Source: Bugula neritina (Eukaryota > Animalia > Bryozoa). Taken from it: a stretch of DNA of 64,000 bases. The stretch spans positions 1 to 64,000 of the forward strand of contig CAXIUT010000291.1 of NCBI GenBank assembly GCA_964035545.1, in the 5' to 3' direction. The notes under the pieces were generated by a model, which had not been told where the DNA came from, made no database searches, and saw only the letters and a program-made list of their open reading frames with translations. This document shows, piece by piece, positions 29,376-39,640 of the stretch; the stretch's first letter is position 1, and the number at the start of each line of letters is the position of its first letter. The translations under genes and the position numbers were made by a program.

Positions 29376-30839
29376 ATGCAAGAAGCAATGATTCTTGAGC
29401 CAATGAATATCGCCCGTGCCGCATTCTTTGCGCCCGGCGATCTGGATGAGCAGCATCTGGATAAAGTATTTGCTCAACTCATGACCAGCGATACCACGCT
29501 GGCCGATTTATACTTCCAGTCCGCCCGCTATGAGGCGTGGGGGCTGGAAGAAGGTATCGTTAAAAGCGGTAGCTACAGTATCGAGCGCGGCGTGGGTGTG
29601 CGTTCAGTCTGTGGCGAACAAACCGGCTTTGCTTACAGTGATGAAATCTCTATGCCTGCGTTACTGGATTCTGCGAAAGCGGCCAGGGCGATTAGCCGCG
29701 CCGGGCAGTCGGGCAAGGTACAAAGCTGGCAGGCACGTCAGCCATCCAAGGCTCTCTATGGCCTTGATGATCCACTCATTTCGCTGTCCGAGCAGGACAA
29801 AATCGATTTATTGCACCGTATTGACGCCAAAGCCCGCGCCGCCAGCCCACATGTACAACAGGTAATGGCGAATATGGTGGCGGTGCATGAGATTATCCTG
29901 ATTGTGGATGAAGAAGGTCGCATGACTGCCGATGTGCGTCCACTGGTGCGTACCAATGTGTCGGTCATTGTGGAGAAAGATGGCCAGACTGAAAGCGCGA
30001 TGTCCGGCGGCGGCGGGCGTTTTGATCTGGATTACTTCCTGGACGATGATCGCGCCGATGGCTATGCGGAAGAAGCGGTGCGTATGGCGCTGGTGAATCT
30101 GGAAGCGGAAGCAGCTCCGGCGGGTAATATGACCGTAGTGCTGGGCAATGGCTGGCCCGGTGTGTTGCTGCATGAGGCGATTGGGCACGGCTTGGAAGGT
30201 GATTTCAACCGCAAGGGCACCTCAGCATTCTCCGGGCGCATTGGTGAACAGGTCGCGTCAAAAGGTATCACCGTAGTGGACGACGGCACGCTGGAGAAGC
30301 GTCGTGGTTCTCTCAGTGTGGATGACGAGGGGACACAAACCCAATGCACCACGCTGATTGAGGATGGCATTCTCAAAGGCTATATGATGGATCGCCAGAA
30401 TGCGGCGTTGATGGATACCGCATCTACCGGTAATGGGCGGCGTCAGTCGTATTCACACCTGCCAATGCCACGTATGACCAATACTTATATGCGTGCCGGT
30501 GAGCATGATCCGGAGGAGATTATCGAGTCAGTCGAAAATGGCGTATACGCGGTGAATTTCTCGGGTGGGCAGGTGGATATTACCTCCGGCAAGTTCGTAT
30601 TTTCTGCGTCTGAGGCTTACCTGATTGAGAATGGTAAGAAGACCAAGCCGCTGAAAAATGCCACGCTGATTGGTAATGGCCCGGATGTACTGACGCGGGT
30701 CAGTATGATTGGTAACGATCTGGAGCTGGATACCGGTATTGGTGTTTGCGGTAAGGCGGGGCAAAGCGTACCGGTCGGAGTAGGGCAGCCTACTTTAAAG
30801 GTGGATGGATTAACCGTTGGCGGCACGGCGACAGCCTGA
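29376..30839 (+). CDS. tldD: Metalloprotease TldD
   Basis: [18 protein letters not shown]; [15 protein letters not shown]. Confidence 0.97.
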   Translation: MQEAMILEPMNIARAAFFAPGDLDEQHLDKVFAQLMTSDTTLADLYFQSARYEAWGLEEGIVKSGSYSIERGVGVRSVCGEQTGFAYSDEISMPALLDSAKAARAISRAGQSGKVQSWQARQPSKALYGLDDPLISLSEQDKIDLLHRIDAKARAASPHVQQVMANMVAVHEIILIVDEEGRMTADVRPLVRTNVSVIVEKDGQTESAMSGGGGRFDLDYFLDDDRADGYAEEAVRMALVNLEAEAAPAGNMTVVLGNGWPGVLLHEAIGHGLEGDFNRKGTSAFSGRIGEQVASKGITVVDDGTLEKRRGSLSVDDEGTQTQCTTLIEDGILKGYMMDRQNAALMDTASTGNGRRQSYSHLPMPRMTNTYMRAGEHDPEEIIESVENGVYAVNFSGGQVDITSGKFVFSASEAYLIENGKKTKPLKNATLIGNGPDVLTRVSMIGNDLELDTGIGVCGKAGQSVPVGVGQPTLKVDGLTVGGTATA

Positions 30840-30852
30840 CTGGAGAAGAACA

Positions 30853-32196
30853 ATGATTGAATTGGAAAACAGGGCAGCGCTGGCGGCGGAATTTGAGGAG
30901 CTGGCGGCTGAGGTTTTGAAGTCGGCGAAGGCGAAGGGTGCAACGGCGGCGGAAGTCGGTTTTGATAAAGGCACAGGCTTATCGGTACAGGTGCGCATGG
31001 ATGAGGTGGAGAAGCTACAGTACCACCGCGACCAGGGTGTGAGTCTGACCGTGTATTTTGGTAATAAAAAAGGTTATGCCTCGACCGGTGATTTATCGCG
31101 TCAGGCGTTGGAAGATACCCTGGACGCGGCATGTCGTATTGCGCGTTTTACCGCTGAGGATGAGTTTAACGGTTTGGCTGATGCTGAGTTGATGGCGACC
31201 GAGATTCCTGAGCTGGATTTGTATCATCCGTGGGCGATTACGGCGGATGAGGCGATTGAGCTGGCGCTAAAAGCCGAGTCAGTGGCGCGTGAGCATGATG
31301 CGCGCATCGTGAATAGTGATGGCGCGGGTGTAGATAGCTATGCTGGTTTAGGTTTGTACGCCAATTCGCATGGTTTTAGCGGCGTTAGCACCAGCACCAG
31401 TCACTCGCTTAGCTGTTCGGTGGTGGCACAGGATGGTGAGTCGATGCAACGTGATTACTGGTACGACAGCTCCTGTCTGCCGGGGGCGCTGGAATCGGCG
31501 GAATCCATCGGTTTACAGGCAGCGCAGCGTACCGTGCGGCGCTTGAATGGTCAGGGTTTATCAACACGCGAAGTGCCGGTGATTTATGTGCCGGAACTGG
31601 CGCGTGGTTTAGTGGGTAGTTTGGTGAATGCGTTGAGCGGTGGCTCACAGTATCGTAAGGCAACCTTCCTGCTGGATTCGATTGGGCAACAGGCATTTCC
31701 TGAGTTTGTGCAGTTGCATGAGCGCCCACACCTCAAACAACAGGGCGGCAGCCGGGCTTATGATTCAGAAGGCGTAGCGACGCAGGATCGGGAGATTATC
31801 CTCGACGGTAAGATTCAGGATTATTTCCTTAGTAGTTATTCGGCGCGTAAGCTGGGCCGGCAGACTACGGGTAGTGCGGGTGGCTCCGGTAATTTGCTGC
31901 TGGATCATACCGGGGTGTCGTACGACGACATGATTAAGCAAATGGGCACTGGCTTGCTGGTGACCGAGCTGATTGGACATGGTGGTAACCCGATTACCGG
32001 TGATTACTCACGCGGTGCGGCGGGCTTCTGGGTGGAGAATGGCGAGATTCAGTACCCGGTGGAAGAGATTACCATTGCGGGGAATCTAAAGGATATGTTC
32101 CTCGGCATTCAGGCGATTGGTGATGACGTCGATACGCGAGGGCGGGTGCAGTGTGGCTCGATCCTGATTGATAAGATGACGGTGGCTGGGCAGTAA
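30853..32196 (+). CDS. pmbA: Metalloprotease PmbA/TldE
   Basis: MQRDYWY, TGDYSRGAAGFWVENGEI; start at ATG 30853 with GGAG RBS. Confidence 0.95.
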   Translation: MIELENRAALAAEFEELAAEVLKSAKAKGATAAEVGFDKGTGLSVQVRMDEVEKLQYHRDQGVSLTVYFGNKKGYASTGDLSRQALEDTLDAACRIARFTAEDEFNGLADAELMATEIPELDLYHPWAITADEAIELALKAESVAREHDARIVNSDGAGVDSYAGLGLYANSHGFSGVSTSTSHSLSCSVVAQDGESMQRDYWYDSSCLPGALESAESIGLQAAQRTVRRLNGQGLSTREVPVIYVPELARGLVGSLVNALSGGSQYRKATFLLDSIGQQAFPEFVQLHERPHLKQQGGSRAYDSEGVATQDREIILDGKIQDYFLSSYSARKLGRQTTGSAGGSGNLLLDHTGVSYDDMIKQMGTGLLVTELIGHGGNPITGDYSRGAAGFWVENGEIQYPVEEITIAGNLKDMFLGIQAIGDDVDTRGRVQCGSILIDKMTVAGQ

Positions 32197-32258
32197 AGCT
32201 TTGCATAAAGCGGTTGCGCCTGTGGGTGGAGTTCGGTATATTTCACGGCTTCAACATT

Positions 32259-32335
32259 AGGCGCGTAGCTCAGTTGGTTAGAGCACCACCTTGACATGGT
32301 GGGGGTCGGTGATTCGAGTTCACTCGTGCCTACCA
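32259..32335 (+). tRNA. tRNA-Val(GAC)
   Basis: Cloverleaf; anticodon arm CCACC-TTGACAT-GGTGG; encoded CCA. Confidence 0.97.
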
Positions 32336-32342
32336 AATTTAA

Positions 32343-32382
32343 GAGGCTAATCAGTAACTTAGACGACTGGTTAGCCTTTTTT
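32343..32382 (+). terminator. Terminator after tRNA
   Basis: AGGCTAATCAGT...ACTGGTTAGCCT followed by a T run. Confidence 0.75.
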
Positions 32383-32555
32383 GATTTGGGTGTTTCCTTA
32401 TTTTCTCCGTATTTTTTCCTTATGTATACTGGGCCAATGTTTCCAGAGGTGGTAAGCGTTACCAGCTGGACGGGGAAGTTAGCAGCGACCAGTAAGAACA
32501 TGCAGCTGAACAACTGAAATATGAAAAACAATTAACTGATGGTATCATTACCAAC

Positions 32556-32846
32556 ATGGCAAAAGCAGAGCTGATATTCAGGCGGCGGCGGGAACTGGCA
32601 GATGGCGCAATCATTGAGGGCGTAGCATGGCAGTTACCGGAACCGGTTGAAGCCTCTGAACACCTGTATAAATATCGCCTGTTTTACGGCTATCCCGGTC
32701 AGCGGGTTATTGGATACGACAATGAACGCGGCAAGGGTGATCATAAGCATTATTATGATACAGAGTCACCCTATATGTTCAGTACACCTGAACAGGTATG
32801 GTCTGATTTCGTCGCTGATATTATCAAAGAGAGGGAAGGCAAATGA
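32556..32846 (+). CDS. DUF6516 (TumE-like) putative toxin
   Basis: YKYRLFYG...GYDNERGKGDHKH motif. Confidence 0.8.
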   Translation: MAKAELIFRRRRELADGAIIEGVAWQLPEPVEASEHLYKYRLFYGYPGQRVIGYDNERGKGDHKHYYDTESPYMFSTPEQVWSDFVADIIKEREGK

Positions 32847-33208
32847 GATATGCAATTATAAAAATTGAACCTGATCTTGAAACCGACCTGTTAGAGATGG
32901 GATCGGCCTTTTCTGATGCCCTGAACACAGGCACCTATCAGGGCGAACACTTCACCTTTGAGACACCAGGCGCTTTATTTTCTGCGATCACTCCCCGGCG
33001 TTGGGATGTGCTGAACTATTTGCAGGGTAAACCGGCAATGAGTATCAGAGAGTTAGCCAAACGGCTAAAACGGGATGTTAAAAACGTGCATGCGGACGTT
33101 ACCAAGTTGAGGAATATTGGCCTGATTGAACATGATGAATCCGGTGCGGTATTGTCGCCATTTGCTGAGATTAGAACGGAATTTACGCTTAAAGGTGTGG
33201 CTGCATAA
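32843..33208 (+). CDS. HTH DNA-binding protein, cognate antitoxin candidate
   Basis: SIRELAKRLKRDVKNVHADV; ATGA overlap with upstream gene. Confidence 0.8.
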   Translation: MRYAIIKIEPDLETDLLEMGSAFSDALNTGTYQGEHFTFETPGALFSAITPRRWDVLNYLQGKPAMSIRELAKRLKRDVKNVHADVTKLRNIGLIEHDESGAVLSPFAEIRTEFTLKGVAA

Positions 33209-33283
33209 GCATATTGCTAAGTGATGGTGCTGAAAAATGAAACTGATTTTGGTTTTTCGTGCAAAGATGATCCGGGCACTATT

Positions 33284-33628
33284 TTATTCCAGCAGCGTAA
33301 TAGCTCGTGCCAATACCTCATCTGTTAATACATCTGGCACTGACTCAACCAGTCGCGCCTCTCGCGCTTTATAATCAACTGTTCTTATTTGATTACAGAG
33401 AATAGCACCCTGTGTCTCTGTTCCGGTGCCCATTAACGGCACAGCCCAATGGTTTTCTCTGGCAAAGTTGCCGCCTTGTGTAATGGGGCATAACAACACA
33501 CTACCGAATCTATTGAATTCCACTGGCGAGAGAACAAAGGCTGGTCGGTAGCCGTGCTGCTCCTTTCCCAGTGCCGGATCAAATGATAATTTGATAATGT
33601 CGCCGCGCTTCGGGGTAAACCTGCTCAT
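33284..33628 (-). CDS. PemK/MazF-family toxin (ChpB-like)
   Basis: RGDI..FDP..G.EQ.G.RPAFVLSP..FN, CPIT, CNQIRTVD. Confidence 0.92.
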   Translation of the reverse strand: MSRFTPKRGDIIKLSFDPALGKEQHGYRPAFVLSPVEFNRFGSVLLCPITQGGNFARENHWAVPLMGTGTETQGAILCNQIRTVDYKAREARLVESVPDVLTDEVLARAITLLE

Positions 33629-33876
33629 ATTTCTTCATTTCCGGCTAGCGGGGCATTTTCAAAGGCCGGGTCTGTGGGCAAAGTGTCGCCTTCTTCCATG
33701 CCTTCCAGCAGTTCCGCCAGTGTGTAGCGTTTGCGTGCTGGTTTCATCGTGATTTGGTCGCCATCCATCATCAGCTCTACTTTTGAACCGGCGGACAGGT
33801 GAAGGGATGAGAGGAAGCCGGGAGGTATAGCAAGGACGACGGAGCCGCCCAGTGGTCTGAGTGTTGCATTTGCCAT
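33625..33876 (-). CDS. AbrB/MazE-family antitoxin
   Basis: LRPLGGSVVLAIPP...YTLAELL; overlaps toxin start. Confidence 0.9.
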   Translation of the reverse strand: MANATLRPLGGSVVLAIPPGFLSSLHLSAGSKVELMMDGDQITMKPARKRYTLAELLEGMEEGDTLPTDPAFENAPLAGNEEI

Positions 33877-33921
33877 TTTCGTTACTCCATAACATCATTG
33901 TGTACGAAAAGACTATAGCAT

Positions 33922-33945
33922 AAAGTTAAACTTTTATTTAACTTT
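33922..33945. promoter_or_regulatory. Palindromic operator of the mazEF-like operon
   Basis: AAAGTTAAA-N6-TTTAACTTT just upstream of an extended -10 (TGCTATAGT on the minus strand). Confidence 0.6.
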
Positions 33946-33998
33946 GGTTAATCTTAGCGTCTCGGTTGAGTATGCTACCTGGTCGCCGGGAGGGGGCT

Positions 33999-34673
33999 TT
34001 AACGCTGATATCGACTCAGCATATTCACCATTGCACCATTACGTATCGCATAAGCCATATCAAAAACGGTTTTGTTGTCTCGTGTGCTGGCGTGAACCGG
34101 AGAACCGATACGGATTAGGTATTGCGCGGCTTTTACATGCCCAAAGCGCACCGCATGATGCAGCGGGAGCCAGCCATTGGTGGTTTTTACGTTATGCCGA
34201 GCGCCTCTGCTGTGGAGATAATGAAGTACATCCACCTTGCCTGCCGAAGCGGCGGCATGCATCGCTGTTTCTCTGGATTGGTTCTTGAAGTTCAGATTAG
34301 CGCCCTGCTGAATTAGTTCGGCGACCTGCTTGATATGAGAATCCCGGGCAGCAAAGAACAGTGCCTGGCTCGGATGCATTTTGCCCTCTGCTTTCTGTTG
34401 TGTGTCTGCACCCGCTATGTCTTTCGCGCAGGGGACTTCCAGTTTTTGTCCAACCCGAATGGATGAGGGGCCGTTCTTTAAAACATGGCTGTTTGTGGAA
34501 TAGATCAGAGTATACAGGCTACTACGTCCATAGACGCGGGAAGCAATTATGCCCAGCGAGTCGCCCGTTTGTACCTGATAAGTGCCGCCGCATTTTGGCC
34601 CGCTAGCCTGTACATTGCCCGCTATGAAAAAAGAGGAAAGGCTATACAACGCCAATAATAAATAACGAACCAT
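33999..34673 (-). CDS. Secreted LysM + ankyrin-repeat protein
   Basis: Signal peptide; YQVQTGDSLGIIASRVYG...IRVGQKLEVP; ETAMHAAA and WLPLHHAV ankyrin motifs. Confidence 0.85.
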   Translation of the reverse strand: MVRYLLLALYSLSSFFIAGNVQASGPKCGGTYQVQTGDSLGIIASRVYGRSSLYTLIYSTNSHVLKNGPSSIRVGQKLEVPCAKDIAGADTQQKAEGKMHPSQALFFAARDSHIKQVAELIQQGANLNFKNQSRETAMHAAASAGKVDVLHYLHSRGARHNVKTTNGWLPLHHAVRFGHVKAAQYLIRIGSPVHASTRDNKTVFDMAYAIRNGAMVNMLSRYQR

Positions 34674-34895
34674 ATGTGCCTCACATGAAAATGTGTTGAT
34701 AACTCTCGCGCTGCTTTCAGTTGTTTGGGGTTCCCGTACCCGGTTAATGGTTGTTGGGAGTTTTGGTGACTATATAGGTTATCTCTGTGTAAGCAGGCAA
34801 GTTGAATGGTTATAAGTATATAATTTGCTGACCTTAGGCTTGAAATAAAGATGATTGATGGGGATGAATGCGCAAGATGTTGCGATGCATGGACA

Positions 34896-35951
34896 TTAAA
34901 CCTTTCCATCACTGGACAAGAGGACGGCTATTGGCCTGCTCGCCGGGAACTGTGCGCAGATAATTAGCATCACCACGGTGATCGGGACAGACAGGATCAT
35001 CCCGGTAATCCCCCAGATTGAACCCCAGATGGCCAGCGCCAGCATAATCACCAGTCCACTCAGGTTCAGGCTTGATCCCATTAAGCGGGGTTCGATGATG
35101 TTTCCAATCGTGAATTGCAGGCCGCCCAGAAATACCAGCACGGCAAAAAATTGCCATGAGGTGTCAAATTGCACCAGAGCGAGCAGAGCCGGGAAAACAA
35201 CGCCTAACATTGAGCCAATAGTCGGGATGTAATTCAGCAGGAAAATAATAAATCCCCAAAACACGGCGTAATCCACGCCAATCAGGGTTAAAAGCAGAAA
35301 GCTCAGTATTCCCGTCATCATGCTAACCAGCGTTTTGACGCTAAGGTAAATCCGAATTTTCTGCATGATTTCTGTGCGGACATGTTGCGCTCTGCTGAGT
35401 TTTTCGGGGTCTTTGAATAACGCTGTAAATTTCTTTTCGAACACGGTTTGTTCCGCAAACAGGAACATCAGGTAAATCATCACCAGCATCAATGTGCCGG
35501 TGACGCTACCTATCATTGATGTCGTCCAGCTGACCAGTTTTTGCAGGTTAAGCAGGTCGCTGAGTTTATCCATGTGGAACTCAGATTTAGGCGTAACTTT
35601 TGCGATTAGCCCCTGCAATTTTTCCTGGATATTTTCCTGATAATCCTGAGCATGGGTTGATAGCTCCGCAACATTTTGTGCAACCATATTGATCACCAGC
35701 ATAACCAGCGTGATCATCACCAGAAAGGCTCCGGCTAAGGCGATGGGGTAAGGAATGCTAAAGTTACTGATGGGAGGTGATTGCAGGACGCGTGCAATAC
35801 TGTCCAACAGATACCAAAGGATCAGCGCAAGAATCAGTGGGATCAGTAGGTTGCGGCCAATGATTAATAGCCAGCCCACTATAATGGTAGCTAATAGTAT
35901 GCTGGCGATATTCAGCGCGCTGATATTCAGGGTCTCGTTCGGGCGGTGCAT
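34896..35951 (-). CDS. AI-2E family transporter
   Basis: LNYIPTIGS, IEPRLMG.SLNLS, WG..GMILSVP. Confidence 0.9.
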   Translation of the reverse strand: MHRPNETLNISALNIASILLATIIVGWLLIIGRNLLIPLILALILWYLLDSIARVLQSPPISNFSIPYPIALAGAFLVMITLVMLVINMVAQNVAELSTHAQDYQENIQEKLQGLIAKVTPKSEFHMDKLSDLLNLQKLVSWTTSMIGSVTGTLMLVMIYLMFLFAEQTVFEKKFTALFKDPEKLSRAQHVRTEIMQKIRIYLSVKTLVSMMTGILSFLLLTLIGVDYAVFWGFIIFLLNYIPTIGSMLGVVFPALLALVQFDTSWQFFAVLVFLGGLQFTIGNIIEPRLMGSSLNLSGLVIMLALAIWGSIWGITGMILSVPITVVMLIICAQFPASRPIAVLLSSDGKV

Positions 35952-36120
35952 AGGGTCTTCCGGTGAAGGCTTTTGAGGGTAACTTTCAATTTATCGCAAA
36001 GCGGCTTAAAAATACATGATCACTTCAGCTTACACAGTAACTCACATGAAAAAGCTTACACTCCGTAGAGCATGTAAGTCTTCGGCTTACACAGTAGACT
36101 ATGGCTTTGGGAGCAAGAAA

Positions 36121-36888
36121 ATGTCAGCTAAGCTATTTGCCTTGGAGAAAGCCGCCTTCGCCGCATGGCCTGCGCTGGAAACACAGGATATTGGTTCATG
36201 GCACCTGCGGTTTGCTAATGGCTATACTAAGCGTGCGAACTCAGCCAATTTACTGCTACACACTGACCAGCTTGTGCCTGACACGCTGGCGGCAATCGAA
36301 GCTGAGTATCGCCAGCGTGATCTCCCGCCAATATTCCGGCTGGCTTCTTTTGCAGCTGATTGTGCTGTGGATGATAAACTGGCTGATTGTGGTTACCGGT
36401 TGAATGATGTGACTCTGGTGCAGACGCAGTCGTTATCGGATCAGCGCTTTGCCATTGATAACGAGTTGCTGAGTATTGAACTGCTATCAGTTGAGGAGTG
36501 GTTTGAAGCGTTCCAGAGTATCTCCGGCAAGGTTGGAGGAGGGCAGGCAACACATCTTAAAATGCTACAGGCGATTCGTGGGGAATGTGCCTTTGCTGTG
36601 CTGAAACAGGAAGGTGTGGCTGTTTGCTGTGGGTTGGCGGCCATCTCGGATGGTTATCTCGGCCTGTTTGATATTGCTACTGCCGTACACGCACGTAGAC
36701 AAGGTTTGGCGACGCGTTTATGTACCGATTTGCTTTTCTGGGGGCGGCGTAAGAGGGCTGAGTCAGCTTATTTGCAGGTAACTGCACATAACCTTGCTGC
36801 GATTAATGTCTATGAAAAGCTCGGATTTAGGCGTGCTTATGAGTATTGGTATCGGGTAGGCGGCGTACCTTCGGTGCAGATAAAGTGA
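36121..36888 (+). CDS. GNAT family N-acetyltransferase
   Basis: GYTKRANS, RRQGLA, YLQV..HN.AA..YEKLGF; start probably ATG 36121. Confidence 0.88.
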   Translation: MSAKLFALEKAAFAAWPALETQDIGSWHLRFANGYTKRANSANLLLHTDQLVPDTLAAIEAEYRQRDLPPIFRLASFAADCAVDDKLADCGYRLNDVTLVQTQSLSDQRFAIDNELLSIELLSVEEWFEAFQSISGKVGGGQATHLKMLQAIRGECAFAVLKQEGVAVCCGLAAISDGYLGLFDIATAVHARRQGLATRLCTDLLFWGRRKRAESAYLQVTAHNLAAINVYEKLGFRRAYEYWYRVGGVPSVQIK

Positions 36889-36933
36889 TTCGGGCTATGT
36901 ATTCAGGGAGTGAAATCTATTCAGGTCTACCGA

Positions 36934-37668
36934 CTACATGCTGTGCAGGACATCGACCAATGCCTTGTTGAGTGTGGCATAACCCGTTGTGTTGAGGTGC
37001 AATAAATCCCTGCTGTATTGCGGATCGATCCTGTTGGGCTGACCAAGCAATAACTGGTAGCCGGGGAAGATAATTACGCCATCAGTTTCCTGTGCCAAAA
37101 TGAATGTGTTGACGTCATTAATGGTTTCGGCCACAGCATCTGACCAGATTAACCGGCGTTCCGGTGGTACTTTACTGAGCGGAAATACTGTGCTGAGAAT
37201 GACTGTGGTGCCTTGTTGTCTGGCCTTGCTGATGATTTCCTGTAAATTATTTTTGCATTGACTGACAATGGCCGCCCGTAATACGGGCTTCAGTGGTATG
37301 ACTTTAAGGTCATTGACGCAGAGTTGCAGCACAATAATGTCTGCCTCCAGCGGTGCAATGTGCTGATCATAACGCAGGCGGATTTGTGCTGAAGTCTGGT
37401 TGCCAATACCCCGGTTGATAAATTCGAAGCCGGTTGTTGCGGATTCATACGGCGCGGGCCAGCTTAGCGCTCGTGAGTCACCAAAGAAAACGACGCGTTT
37501 TTTAGCGACAGATTTAGGCGGCACTTCCTTTTGATAGGTGCTGAGTTGTAATGGATCAAGACGCACTTGATTCACGCTGAGATACAGATTTTTGATCAAT
37601 AAAAATGCGCCGATATTGGCCAGCAGGGATGCAGCTAAAATCAGGCCGGGAATAAGTTTAGTCAGCAT
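36934..37668 (-). CDS. SGNH/GDSL hydrolase
   Basis: FFGDS, NRGIG, ND, DLLHLN. Confidence 0.88.
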   Translation of the reverse strand: MLTKLIPGLILAASLLANIGAFLLIKNLYLSVNQVRLDPLQLSTYQKEVPPKSVAKKRVVFFGDSRALSWPAPYESATTGFEFINRGIGNQTSAQIRLRYDQHIAPLEADIIVLQLCVNDLKVIPLKPVLRAAIVSQCKNNLQEIISKARQQGTTVILSTVFPLSKVPPERRLIWSDAVAETINDVNTFILAQETDGVIIFPGYQLLLGQPNRIDPQYSRDLLHLNTTGYATLNKALVDVLHSM

Positions 37669-37730
37669 ATGCTTCGTTCTGTGATGAGATGTTACAATTT
37701 TAGCTGATTCCGTGATGATAAAGGGAAAAT

Positions 37731-38321
37731 GTGTCCGCATTAAATCAATTGCCGCTGGTGTTGGAAGCGATTTTACTGACCGCTGATAAACCCTTGTCGC
37801 TTGAGCGGCTGGAGAAGTACTTTGCGCCGGAAGAGGGTGTGAGCCGGGCGGTTATCCGTGAAGGGTTAGGGCAGCTCAAATTAAAATGTGAGGGTCGTAG
37901 CTTTGATCTCACTGAGACCGGGGCGGGCTATCGCTTGCAGACGCGGGGTGAGTTTCAACAGTGGGTAGCGCGTCACTACGAAGAGAAGCCACCGAAGTAT
38001 TCCAAAGCGTTTCTGGAGACGCTGGCGTTGATCGCGTGGCGACAACCGATTACCCGGGGCGAAATCGAAGAGGTGCGTGGGGTTAGCACCAATGCAAATG
38101 TGATTAAGACCCTGTTGGAGCGTGAATGGATTCGGGTGCTGGGCCACAAAGAAGTGCCGGGTCGCCCGGAAATGTTAGGCACGACCCGCTTGTTTTTAGA
38201 TTACTTTAATCTAAAGTCGCTGGATGATTTGCCTGGCCTGGCTGAGATTAAAGAGCTGGACATGGCTAGCCTACAGCTTGATTTGTTGAAGGAGCCTCCG
38301 GCAAAGGATGGCTCTGCCTGA
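37731..38321 (+). CDS. scpB: SMC-Scp complex subunit ScpB
   Basis: LETLALIAWRQPITRGEIEEVRGV, PGRP...TT..FLDYF. Confidence 0.96.
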   Translation: MSALNQLPLVLEAILLTADKPLSLERLEKYFAPEEGVSRAVIREGLGQLKLKCEGRSFDLTETGAGYRLQTRGEFQQWVARHYEEKPPKYSKAFLETLALIAWRQPITRGEIEEVRGVSTNANVIKTLLEREWIRVLGHKEVPGRPEMLGTTRLFLDYFNLKSLDDLPGLAEIKELDMASLQLDLLKEPPAKDGSA

Positions 38322-39440
38322 TTATTGCTTATGAGACAACGCCGCTCTCTGCTGTGGGCGATAAGTATTAACCCGCTCCAGCCAGCCATCGAGTAGGCGT
38401 GCTTCGCGCCGTTCAGAGGGGGCATTCGCAATACGTGTTACCAGTGTATCGTCCGCAGCGCGCATAAACTCAGCCAGTGCGCCGGGGCCGGGCTGTACGG
38501 CTTCCATTGTGCTTAAGACCTGTAGTAACCCCCAGCCCTGGCTATTATAGCGTTCCGCCGGGTTGGCACCGGTGCCCTGAAACTGTACATAGTCGAGTAA
38601 CGGGTAGAGACCACCGGGCGTTTTGAGTAGGGTTTGGTAGCTACGTTGTGCTTGCTGGCGTTTATTGGGTGGTAGTTGATTAATAAGCCCGGGCATGCTC
38701 TGGCGGAGCCGCATTGCCATAAAGTTGGCCTGTAGGTTTAACGTCTTTTGTAAGAAATTCTGCAACTCCCGTGTCTGGCTATCGTTTTGCGAACGCCGGA
38801 ATGTTGTGGTATCTGACCATGGGCTGCCGTTATTGCGGCGACTGGCTAGCCATTTTGGTAGGGGTATCGCGTTGGCTGTGACGTAATTGAGGTAGGCCGG
38901 GAATGTTTCATGGTAGCGCCCGCTTTTACCCGCCGGGTACCAAATGAATTGACCAATACCGAGTGTGGTGAAGTTCTCGCGTTCGTTCCAGCGCACCAAA
39001 CGTTTGGCATCACCCGTCGTTTGATTATGGTAAATACGCTGTGCAACCCAGTTCAGGTCTTTTGCCGGTTGTCTGGCTGTGTTTCCGGTAGCTGGTGTAT
39101 TGACCGGTGATATAACGGGTACATTTAAAGAGGGGGGCGGTGTTAGGTGAGGGTTATATGTGACTGCCACAGGCTGTGGTGGCCTGATAATAGGAGCGTG
39201 CGCTGCTATGCTGGTTGGTTTTTGTACTGTATGGGGTGCTGGCCTTACTGTTTGCACCGGAGTGGAAGTTACCGGCATGGATGCTGTGGGAATGGCTACT
39301 GTTTGAGGGAGACGTAGTTGGGGCGTGTAGATCGGGAAATAGCCGGGGTATACCATCGCCGTATTCGTGTTAAACGGTACGGGTGCCACACAGGCTGTCA
39401 GCAAGCCGACAGTAATGCTCAGAGGAATCATTATTTTCAT
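38322..39440 (-). CDS. Lipoprotein with Pro/Thr linker and conserved domain of unknown function
   Basis: LTAC lipobox; WN..E.F..LGIGQFIWYP and ERY..QGWGLLQVL. Confidence 0.7.
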   Translation of the reverse strand: MKIMIPLSITVGLLTACVAPVPFNTNTAMVYPGYFPIYTPQLRLPQTVAIPTASMPVTSTPVQTVRPAPHTVQKPTSIAAHAPIIRPPQPVAVTYNPHLTPPPSLNVPVISPVNTPATGNTARQPAKDLNWVAQRIYHNQTTGDAKRLVRWNERENFTTLGIGQFIWYPAGKSGRYHETFPAYLNYVTANAIPLPKWLASRRNNGSPWSDTTTFRRSQNDSQTRELQNFLQKTLNLQANFMAMRLRQSMPGLINQLPPNKRQQAQRSYQTLLKTPGGLYPLLDYVQFQGTGANPAERYNSQGWGLLQVLSTMEAVQPGPGALAEFMRAADDTLVTRIANAPSERREARLLDGWLERVNTYRPQQRAALSHKQ

Positions 39441-39640
39441 TATTTAGCCCTATTGTAATGATTATATTTTTTTATAATAGGCTAAATTAGTCGTACTTGC
39501 GACTGAAAAGTTCACTCCGAAGGTGGGTTTGCCCGACTTCTGTATATGAAGCCGGGCCGGGTTTTTCCGCAGCAGGACAGTCTGTTGTTGGACAGGCTCT
39601 TGGTTACCTGAACGGTTTTAGGTTTGCCGGGCTAAACACC

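Noticed and set aside
39490-39640. c-di-GMP-I riboswitch (GGGCAAACC on the minus strand)
   Set aside because: Lacks the GNRA loop and the GACGCAAAGC segment
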